Below are positions 39,466-50,644 of a stretch of 64,000 nt of DNA, in pieces. The DNA is taken from NCBI RefSeq assembly GCF_000143415.4, contig NW_003314281.1, forward strand, positions 980,833 through 1,044,832, given 5' to 3'. The notes under the pieces were generated by a model. That model was not told where the DNA came from and did not search any database. It saw only the letters and a list, made by a program, of their open reading frames with translations. This DNA is from Selaginella moellendorffii (taxonomy: Eukaryota; Plantae; Lycopodiophyta). Position 1 is the stretch's first letter. Each line of letters opens with the position of its first letter. A program made the position numbers and the translations under genes.

Positions 39466-42032
39466 ATAATCTTTACATTCTATAAATATGCCAAACTAAA
39501 AACACTTTCCATAAATACCTAGTGGGACTGAACAAAACCAACACAAAAGGGTATGATAGTGAGATTGTTTTGGCAAACATGGTAAATTATCATTTAACAA
39601 GTATTGAGGGATTAATCTTAATACCACAAGGGTTCCTAACACTAGCATGAGTTTTTCAAACTAGATCAAATACCCTTCACTAATAGCATTTAAGAATTAT
39701 GTCCTTATATTCTTTTGGCCAAGTGTATATGTAAAGATTAGGTTTTTAAGTGGAGACTAAAAAGAGTTCAACAATACTGACTTCTTGCCATTATGGAAAT
39801 AAAGAAAGAATATCTAAAAAGACTAACCTATAAATAACTTTTAATTTTTATAATTATGTTTATGACATTCTCCCTCTCATTAGGGAAAATTGATGTCTTG
39901 CACTTCTTTATCCAATTGGGTTTATTAGAGTTTTTTTTAGAAAGTCTAAATTTAGAAGTTTACATCCAAGTTAATGATTTAAAGATGGGATACTCATGGA
40001 TTGTAATAGCTCTTAAAATCCTTTATTCAGTTGAAAATTATGGATTTAATATTGGTTTGAGCATTTGGATTCACCAAAATTCCATAGATGACCATTGTGT
40101 TTTGGGTTTTATTTTTGTTGTGGTTATTAGCAATTACATGTATAGATTAAAGGTCTTGTAGAAGTTTTATATTCTTGCGTATTACCTATTACTTTGCTTA
40201 GGTAATATACTAATTATAAATAGCATATGGACAATTCATTTAGGACTGAATCTAGTCTGTCTATTCCTATATATAAGTAGAGAGCAAATAAGTTTTAAAG
40301 ATTTAATTTAAATTGGTTCAATTAGTATGAAGATGCATATTTCAAATCAAACAAGTCAAAGTTATAAATTACTTTTATCAATGCTATTAAAAATATTTAA
40401 AAAAGTTATTGTTATATAAATTTGATAATGTTTCTATATATTTCTTAAAATTTAATAAATCTGCATAAATAAATTTTAATTAAAGATTGAGTTGATTATT
40501 TCAATATTATCAATTATTTCAATGATAGTAATATAACATTTATAGGAAGTTTTAGATTATTTTAATATTTATCTGTCTTTTTATTTATAATAGCAATAAA
40601 AATTAATTATATTTGGAATTTTAATAAATAATATAAGCTTATAAAATTATTATTTTTATATTTTAGATTTTAAGAATTATATATATATATAGAATTTATT
40701 TATTACACTTTTTAAATAACTTTTTATTACCTTATGAAAATTTAGAATAATAATTAATATTCCATAATTATGACTATTTATATGATTTATAGTTCTTTTT
40801 TTATTTTTAGCCATCAATTTTTATTTCATAATCTTAAATACATGAAGTATATTTAAAATAGATTAATACATTTATTTTAGAAATATTGTTTACTAATTAT
40901 TTTTTAGTAATTTTATTATAAAACTTTGTTACCTCTAAACTTTCCATATAAGGATATTTATATCTATCAAGTTTGTGATTATGATGTTATATACTAGAAT
41001 TTGCATAGTGGGATTTAATAGTCATCAGATTAGTTTTAATCCTAACCATTCAGATTTATATATAAACTAGGGTTTTTGAGCTTATTAATATATACATTTC
41101 TGTATTTCATTTCCATATTCTAGACACTTATATTAGTGAAAATGAGGGGCAATTTTGATTGTCCATAAAGAGTACTTGGATTTGGGATTTTGGTTTAAAT
41201 CTAGCTTTTGTAATCTCTCTTTCCTTATAGTTTTTTCAATTTCTTCTTTTTTGTTTTTTTTCTTTTTTGTATGGCAGGTAATAACTTCCTCTTCTAACTT
41301 TTGAGCAGTAATTGGTGCAGTTGCGTGATGTTATGTGATTACAGTTGAACAAATAAACTTAGTTGATGGCAACATTTACAACACATGGTACAACTCTTAT
41401 TGTTTTTACTGCCAATCCTTGTGTCCAACCAGAGTTCTTCTATAGGAATCCTGGGGATGATATGTACCATTATTTCAATCACTTTAAGATGATTGCTACA
41501 TATTATTTTTGGAATGATGTTCAGTGTTTGTGTCAGTTTTTCACATGTTTTCAAAGAATGTCACTGCAATGGTATAATGGTTTGAGCGTAACCATTTGTA
41601 GGGATTGAAGTATTCTCCTAGATATCTTCAAACATGCATTTAGACATGTCGATGATTGTGATGATACTTTTTAATAATTATATTGTTTTTGTCAAAGGCC
41701 ATCTAAGTCAATGATGTAATTTAGCATTCTTTTCTAAAGCCTCTTACTTTATGTAAAGATAAATATGTTGGAGCGAATCAAGTTGGGAATGTTGTGACTA
41801 GCGCTTCATTAAGATCTTGTAGAACTTATATATGCACTTATTCTAGCCATCCTTAATGATGCTCTTTGTTTGGCACAACATTATAAAATATCACATCTTC
41901 CACTTCTTGCTACACATTCTTTAACTCCATTTTTTATGGGAGATGATTCTATTTTAATGGAGGTTGATGTTGTTACTGCCCAAGTTCAAAGATAAGGGCA
42001 AAGACATGGTTATGACTGTAATATCCACTATT

Positions 42033-42056
42033 AAGCTCTATTTCGTTAAAGTGGGA
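42033..42056 (+). repeat. Left terminal inverted repeat
   Basis: aagctctatttcgttaaagtggga. Confidence 0.95.
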
Positions 42057-42474
42057 ATTGTCATTATCCCACTTGTAAAATAAGGTTTCCAAACCTTTAT
42101 ATAGTATATAAATATAACAAAATTCAACTGCATTGAGGCACATGCCATTTTATTTTAAACAAGGAAATGTCTACTCAATCACTTCTCCTCCCCCTGCCAC
42201 TGCTTCACCTCTCTCTTCTCCTTGTCATCGTCGTCTAATTTCTTTCCATCCTTTTAATATTGGCTCAGTTGCTCCGAGTCTAGGTGGAGCCCAAGTCCCC
42301 ATTCAATCTTTACTTTCCCCTTATTAATAAAACAACTTCGTAGACTTTCAATAACATGCTGTAACACTTTTAGTATAATGCAAATCCTCTCAAAGAATTG
42401 TCTTTTAATATTAATACAATGGCATGGAACCCCATGCCATAATAAGTTACATTTTTAAATAAATACATGCCATC

Positions 42475-43991
42475 TCAGACTGTTATTTTTTGCCTCCAAC
42501 GCCTATACAATAATCTTGGAATTTCATCACTCTCCACACTATCAGGATTTAAACCCAATAGTAATGCCATCTCTTCTCTAATACGTCCACGCTCATGTTC
42601 AGTGGTCGAAGAACCCATCCGGTTGAGCAGATTATGGAGATGCGGATAGTGCTTGGCTAGACAATATACATGCCATAAATGATGACTGGTGTCTGTCCGA
42701 TCAAATGGCTTCTGATATACCGTTCCATCTGCCATTTGGTTGATTTCTGCAGCCACCTCCTGGACTGGCTGGTTCTCTATCACCATCGCTCCAAGCCGTT
42801 TTGCAAGGTCCCCCAGAACATACGGTTTCTTCTCCCTAGTTTCCATACTGCAAGAGATGGGGTGCACTGCATATGTGTGCGTATTCGCTGCAGTTTTAAT
42901 CGGCGAGTCATCGATGATGAGGATTTCACTTGACCTAGCAGTCCGGTTCATCACTACAGCCTCTGGCTTGACGAAGATGGGCTTGTTACCCCTCATATGG
43001 ACCATAGTCAAGCAATCCTCCTACGTTAGGAGAAAGTCAAATGGTAATATTACTCGCGTCTGATCGTGCATCATTTGTAGCAACGTTAATGCATTGTGGC
43101 GCATCATGGATGTCCAAACTCCCAATTGCAAATTGAACCCGGCCCTCTGTTTTAAGTGTCGCATGGTCATTATTAGATCCCGCAGTTTCTCCCGTGTGAT
43201 TAATGTGAATCTGTCTCTTTTGACCAACTTGCGACCGCAAGCTTTGGAGGGTGCAGTGACATTCGAGGACGAGCCACGCTCATGGGAGAAAAGGACACCG
43301 TTCAGATAAAAAACGATACAGTACCTTCGCCGTGACTCTGAAATGAAATGCGTCAGCATAAAAAATGGTACAAGTCAATTTTACCATCTACAATATTAGC
43401 GAATGGTGCTCCCGATGGTCGTTGAGAGGGTTTTGGTCGAGGAAACGTGAAGGGCGGAAATACTCTCCTCTGCAATGTGGGGTTAATTGCATCCGATGGC
43501 ATGTGGGCACATGCCATTTCAGCTGTAGACTCTGGTACAACTAGCTCAACAGTGGCATGGGGTGGTTCCAATGGCGTGTGATCACACGCCATTTCAGCTG
43601 GTGCCTCCGTTGGCAAAGTGGACATGACCGAACAGGCAGCAGGGGCGGTGTAGGGAGGTTCCAACGGCGCGTAGTCAGACGATTGGGCACATGTTGAGTC
43701 CGTTGGAAATGAGGATACGACCGGCTCGGTGGCTGGGGCGGCCTCATACGGGTCCAATGGCGCCTGGTCACCGTCAGTTGGATACGTGGACAAGATTGAC
43801 TCAGTGGTATGCGCAGCATCAAGTGGAGCGTGGTCAGCTTGCTTGGCGTTGATATGGATAGTAGCCTCCACCAGCTCTGATGACTCTTGCAGGCAAGTAG
43901 AGTCCACTGGCGGATCCATATGCATGTCCAAATATCTCCCTTCGATTGAGATGGTATCCTCCCGTGCTACTAAAAACAAACTCATTAGCAC
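42475..43991 (-). pseudogene. Transposon cargo, 3' part: Pro/Ala repeat exon spliced to an FCP1/NIF (HAD)-like domain; one in-frame TAG
   Basis: Intron 43338-43384 joins ...IVD|ESRRRYCIVFYLNGVLF. Motifs LGVWTSMMRHN, LT*EDC (TAG 43021-43023, same frame as the downstream ORF), KPIFVKP, ILIIDDSPIKTAAN...AVHP. Confidence 0.7.
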
Positions 43992-45317
43992 ATTGAATCG
44001 ACTATACTGTATTTACCATCAACTGCTATTGAGGAACTAGGACCGATATCACTTGGGCGCACTGCTGATTCTGAAGGATTGGACATACGTTTCGACCCTT
44101 GCTTGGCACTATCCTTCCTCGACACTAAAGGCTAGAGTTTGTAAATTCAACTGAATAATCTCTACTTACCATTTGCTCTGCGACCTACATGGACAATGTT
44201 AGAAATGGTAAAAGGTTAGGAATGGATGTACTATTATTTACCTGATGGTTTGTCTTGTATGACCTTCCTCCGCTGCTCTTTGGCCACCTCAGGCTGGCCA
44301 TCGTCGTCATCGTCGTCGTCGTCGTTATTGTGATCGTCACCATTGTGAGGACCATCCAAGTCCTCTTCGTCCTCCTCTTCTTTGTCCTCCTCTTCTTTGT
44401 CCTCCTCTTCGTCCTTCTGCTCTTCCTGCTCATTATCTTTCTTTAGCTCCTCATCCCCCTCCTACATTTCTTCCATAGGCTGCTCAGGCTGGATGGCTTG
44501 TTCTTCCAGGACCATCTTGGGAAAATCATCTGGCCGAGTCTCCATCTCAAAATACAAGACATCCATAGCCTGTTTTAGTGCGTGACCGAGGACCGTATCC
44601 TCACCCGACTGTCTTAACATGGTTTCTGCACGTTCTTGCACCCTTTGAAGACGATGAGATGAGAAAAACATGGCCCTGACTTGAAAAGCATCCCTCATCC
44701 ATTGTACCTCTCCATTGAGATTGGGGAAGGGGAGTCCGCCATAGGAATCTGAGTCAGGAGGTGGTGACTGCCTGCTTTCACTCAGCCCTTGATGTGCAAT
44801 GAATGGCATGAGCACACACGCCATAACCGCAAGGCATTACCTATCATCTTTTCGTTGCCCTTCTTCCTTTTCGAATCAAACGCCTCTGATCCCGACGACT
44901 GTCCAACGTGCTTTTGCTTTTTATGACCACTGTCAGTTTGAGCTTGGCTGGTGCTTGCCTGTTTTGCCTTTGAAGAAGTGTCTCTTGCAAGGAATGGCAT
45001 TAGACCACACGCCATTGCAAATATAATTTGTACCTCCTTTTTTCCTATTGCTTGTCTGTTTGTCCTTCTTCGACGTGCCACCAGTGCGCTTTTCAGTCCT
45101 CATGTCTGAATATTCACAACGATCTATAATCAAAATGGCGTGAGGCCTCACGTGACCTTACCTTGTGCAGGTTGTGAGCTCGGCCCAACATGGGTATCTT
45201 CAACAGTAGCTATTAACGCCGTTTCAGCATCTGGGGGTGGCCACGCTCCTGCATATAGAGCTTGTGAGATAACATTTAAACTTAAAGTGCGTACTCACTA
45301 GGTTCGCAGAGAAGATA

Positions 45318-47869
45318 CTATTTTTCTTTGGCAACTGTAATTATATGCTCCATTGAAGTCACCTCTTCAATGGAGTTTGTCACCGCAACACACGGGACAC
45401 CCTTGAGTAGTGCGGCTCGAAAGAATAGTCCGCCGCAGTTGTACTCGACAACGCATTTGCCTTTGGAGTCGGAAGCAGGTGACCCACCCGCTATTGCGTT
45501 GAAGACCCAGCTGAGCATTTCCCATGCTGCACCTGGAGCTTTCTTTGGATTCGAAAGCTCCATAGCCATCTTCAATTCCTCAGGCACGGGTAAATTGACC
45601 TCCCTCAGATCAATTCGATTGGCCTTGTCGAACGAAGCTGGGAAGTCACTCCAGTCCCACTCTACTGCAGGACAAATAACAAGGGTGAGTGTGAAGATGC
45701 GGACATTCGTCGGTATCTTCTTCTTAGCCATTATCCCATGGATCTCCCGCATCTCCTTGCCTTTCAACCGAGCCTTCACCTCGTTCAAGGCCTTCCAAAA
45801 CTTGTGATAGGATTCGGAGTTGTAGATCATATAGTGGACTGAAGATTCCACCTCCACAAGTCCCACCATTAAGTCAATGATGGAGCTGACTTTGTCTGCA
45901 TAAGTGATCTCCTCATTTGTGAAGTCCATCACACAAAAGATGTTCTTGACCTGCTCATCTCCGCAGGAAACGATGCTCCTCCACCTTTGATCCTCATCCG
46001 AATTCAAGTATACCCGGTAAGGTTCTCGATAGGCCTCTGCTGCGGGGTCGAGTTGTTTCTGAAGCCGGCGGTCGACATCACTCTTAATGAAATTTGGATA
46101 CTAATCCAACTTCTCAGCTTTACTTTTCGTGGCATCCCGCAGCAGATCGATGAACTTGGGGGCCCCCTTCATGTACTCGTCGATGTCTTCATTTGACAAA
46201 TCCAGCACTTCCATCATCTCTTGCGTGGTGTCGATGCTCACCCTCTCCACGGCCACTTGCTCGAAGATACAATCCTTCAATAGCGCACGAGCTCTCAGAG
46301 TCGTGCACAAGTCCTCGTATGTCACAATATGGCCGGGAGTCATTTTGGTCTTGTTGAAGACTACCTCACCACGTAGAAGAGCAGCCACTATCAGAAGGTC
46401 ATCGTCGTCTAGAGACCGCGAGAAACGCAAGGCGTTGAGCTTCAAATCATTGGGCTTCCGGCCGTCCTCCACACCCATTGAGTTTAGTAACTCCCCGTCA
46501 TGGTACCTCCTCAGCACATCTACCCATTTGTCAAAAACAACTTTTGTCGCGAGTAGAATGTTATGGATGCTGAGTGTGTCATTGACCCCTAGTGTTTTCG
46601 AGAGAAGACTCAAGAATTCCTGCAATGGAAATGGCGTGAGGCCACATGCTATGCCACATGCAACGAGGCTTACTTGCCAGGCGCTAGTTGCTAGTGCACG
46701 TCCTTGTCCTGGTTTTTGTGGCTTCTTCAGTTGAACCCAGAGCTTCCGTGTTCGTGCCAATGTCTCATGCAGACCCGATTTATAGCACATTTCTTGCTTG
46801 ACATTCTGCGTGTGGGAGATGTATATGATAGATCGGAGGGGCGAGTTGCCTTTTATCAGGCGGACAACTCTTGTCTTGAAGACTTTCTTCACCTCCTCGC
46901 CCACCATAATATCCACAACTATCTCTTGCATCGCCAAGCTAGAATGCTGCCGGAGACGGCATAGAACCGGATGTTCTGATCGTCCAACACCTTCCTATTG
47001 ATCAAGTCTGGAAACCTCGTCTCGCCCTTCATTGTTCGGTAGTAGGGGATCACATCTGCGATGTCGGGTGTTACTGGACTTGCCAGCATCTTCTGCTTCA
47101 GTTTCTCCACCCACTCATCAGATACTAGCCTGTGGTTGTATTTGCTTTGGATGTCGATACGGCTCACGTCGATTGTATATACTTTGTTGGAATAGTAACA
47201 AGTACTATTATCTGCGACGATTTTTGCTGCCTCTTCTTGCTTTTTCTGCTCTTTGCGGCTCTTCTTTTTGGTGGGTGTAGTGTTCGAACCCGAGGCAATG
47301 GCATCACCAAGTAACTTCTTTTTTGGAGGAGAGTCGGACGTCGGCTTGAGCTTGACCACCCTTTTCTGCTTTGGGGTAGTTTCCAGATCGACCCCCTTCC
47401 CCTTCGCTTCGCGAACTGGAGGCACTCTCAACAACTCAATGTTGGAATATAGTTTTTGAACATCGCCGTAGGTGAGGTCCGTGGATTCCATGTGATCTTC
47501 ATAGACTTGCAGCGTCTTTGAAATTGTGGGCCTCCTGGACAACCTCTCCCTAGCTCCCTCTAGGAATTCCTCATAGCCGCTGCCCCCCTCCGGGAAGCCG
47601 CTAGGATGTGCAAGGTGGATCTTGAAGGCAGACGTTGTCTCTACCACAAGTGCTAGTCCATATTCATGCATGGAACTGCATGGAGTGTCTGTCACTTGGA
47701 TGAGGATCCCCATGCATTCTTTTCTCCCACCATCTGTGTTGTACAACCTCAGATCCTCGCCTTCCATCCCGAAAGTCCAACTGGTGAGCTCCTCCCCCTT
47801 CTCTGCATCCACATTGACAGTGGCTGGAAGAAGAACGCAATTCCTTGCCTGTTCAGAAATGCACAACAA
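45318..47869 (-). pseudogene. Transposon cargo, 5' part: ParB/Srx-like domain followed by a degenerate beta-class amino-methyltransferase-like domain
   Basis: Three ORFs join through a 1-nt frameshift at ~46950 (FYAVSG|QHSSLAMQE), a 54-nt intron 46620-46673 and an in-frame TAG at 46101. ParB-like IDVSRI...NHRLVSDEWVEKLKQKM...GQHS; MTase-like PKKAP...LSWVF...GKCVVEYNCGGLFFRAALLKGVPCVAV. Confidence 0.55.
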
Positions 47870-49347
47870 TTAGAGCTGACAGATGAAAAGCTAGCAGCTG
47901 GAAATAACGTGAGGCCACACGCCATTCACCACTGCATCAGATGTCTTGAGGCTGCATCCTAAGATGGCGTGAGGCTACACGCCATCTGTAACCAGACTGC
48001 ACTCGAGAGCCCAATCGGTGCATGCCAATGTTGCTACTGAATGGCATGTGGCCTCATGCCATTTTCTACTTGGCCTAAAAGACTTACCATTTGAAGCCGA
48101 ATGGAGGCGTGACAACCGGACTCGCTGGCGAATGTGCACTGTGTGTGCAACGGATCGTAGCAGCAAGGCTACTCTGCCACTTACAGTTGGAGAGTGGCGC
48201 TGAAATCTCCCGAGATGCCAAGTGGGCTGCGTGTGGGTGGTGGAGTGGGCGGCGGAGTTGGCGGCGAAGTTACAAACTGGGTGTGTCTTGAAGTGGACGC
48301 CAATGCACACGAGCGCGATGCGAGCGCGAGTGTGATGCAAGCGCGAGTGGACGTCGATGCACACGAGAAACCTGTAGAGAAGGTAGATGAGCGCGAATGT
48401 GAGCGTGATCGCGAGTGGGAGCGCGATGCGAGCGCAAGTACGAAGCAAAATGCAAAACCTAACCTCACACGCGTGAAATGTCACGACGGTTGGTAATCCC
48501 GCCACATCATCATTCCTCGGACTTGGGCGCCACCATTAATTTCTGGATCGCCACGCGCATGCATGCACGTGAAATCCAAAAGAAATCCGCAACGTCATCA
48601 TTCCTCGGACTGCATGCACGCGAAATCCAAAAAAAAGATCATGATTCAGATATCATTTAATACCCTCGCTATATTTATACCATGCATGATTGGATATTCC
48701 AAAGCATCTTGTATTTCCAAAAATGCCAGATGTTCAGCTAAATAAATTGTCAGAGGATTTGATGTGACGTTCAAGCGTGTGGGCTCATGCAATTTTGATC
48801 CCAAAAAATGCACCAAAAAATGCTCGGCGTCATCTGGCGTTATCTCTTGAATGGCGTGGGGCCGCATGCCATTTTCAGGGGCACATAGGAGTATATTCCT
48901 AGAATATTCTAACACGCGCGAGATTGTTTTGATTTTTCTGGAGATCCAACCGTTAGATCGCAACTAGATTTTACAGAATGGTATACAATGTCCTTCTTGA
49001 TGACCCTGAAAAGAAGCATCTCGATCGGACACTACATGAGACCACACGAGCCTTGCAATGTTTCAGGGGCATTTGCCATAGATCCGACCGTTATTTTGCT
49101 CCAAGATTCTACAGTTTGGTGTGCATTGACCTTTCCATCGACACTGCAAAGGGACATCACAATCAGATGTGGGATCACAAGAAACCAACTTCACTAACTC
49201 TGGTTTCACCAAGATCTACGTAAGGAGTTATGAAATGAAAGGACCCTCTCTATTGAAATGTGTTTATGGTCCTAGGGGCATTGTGACATATCAAAGGATT
49301 TTGCATCAAGTTCTGTATTTGCATGTTTATCAAGCTATTGAATTGCT

Positions 49348-49371
49348 AAACCCTAAACCCTAAACCCTAAA
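49348..49371 (+). repeat. Short plant telomere-type repeat (AAACCCT)3 / telo-box cluster
   Basis: aaaccctaaaccctaaaccctaaa. Confidence 0.75.
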
Positions 49372-50644
49372 CATGTGGCAAATGCTACGTGAAGAAAGAT
49401 GCCTTTTCTAAGAGGTAGATGCCGAGCAGATGTATCTCAGGCTAGCGAAGGGGACAAACGAAAGCTAGCTATAAACATGACGGGATGCAAATAGATTACT
49501 AGGCTGGTCCTGCGAAAATCAAAAACCATAATTGAAAACATTGAAAATGCAAAAAGAAAGGTTTATAATATTTTTGAATTTTAAGCAACCAAAGGAATGT
49601 AAGTAGGGCATGTGTTTGTAAGTTTAAAAATGCCTCAACCACTTAAATTCCCAAGTAAATAAAACTGTTTCTATTTTTGGTACAGGTAAACTTTATAGCG
49701 TGTGGGCTCATGCAATTTTGAACCCAAAAATGCACCAAAAAATGCTCGACTAGCATTATTCTTTGAATGGCGTGTGGCCTTATATTGCCATAAATGGACG
49801 TACACACACAGCATAATTATTCCTTTACACGGCGAATAATCTTGGCACGGATCGCTAACACGGCATGGCAAAGTTCGAATCACTGACATGGCACAGCTGG
49901 ATCGAGGCAAGGACATGATGTGACAAAGTTCAACCTCCGACAGCAAAGTCTAGAAGCTACTCAGTTTGAAATTTGTCAAAGGAATCATAAGATCTGGTTT
50001 GTCAGAGGATTTGATGTGACGTTCAAGCGTGTGTTATTTTTGAATTCTCGAACTCATTCCTAGGTCTATCATTTTTGTGCACCGTGTTCTTGGTTCCGCT
50101 GAGCGCAGTAAGCGCTGCTTGTGTAAGCGGCGTTGTGAGCTGTGGTTTATGCGTCTACAAGCGGTTGCGGCATTGCGAGCACCATTGCGAGCGGCAGTTT
50201 ATGCGAGTGGCAGTTTGTGCGAGCGGCACTACAAGCAATTGTGGTGTTGCAAGTGGCGCTACGAGTAGTTGCGGTGTTGGGAGCGGCACTGTCTTTGGTG
50301 TGGCTACCGCTTCCTCTTGATATTCGGCACTTGTGCTTCCTGGTATGTTCACCATGGAATGGCTTAGGACCACATTTAGAAATGGCATGAGGCCACATGC
50401 CATCTTGGGCCCTTGTAATTTCATGGCTAGCGTATTGTCATGTATGCTTTTACTTGCCTGCAGCTATGTGTATATCAAGATGGCATAAGGCCTCATGCCA
50501 ATTTTGTGAATGCAAAATTTCACGTGGGTGTCAATAGCATGTTTGAATAATGGCATGTGGCCTCATACTATTTGGTATGTTATGATTTAGGCCATTCTCC
50601 AATCATTTTTTGTATGGTCTTAACTTCTTTTCTGCACTTTCAGA

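Noticed and set aside
37800-40200. Second degenerate retroelement on the minus strand
   Set aside because: AT-rich with only faint gag/protease-like traces; no motif is clear enough to call.
42029-42036. TTAA target site suggesting piggyBac/Kolobok/Sola3
   Set aside because: TTAA occurs only at the left end; the consistent reading is a TATT duplication with TIRs starting AAGCTC.
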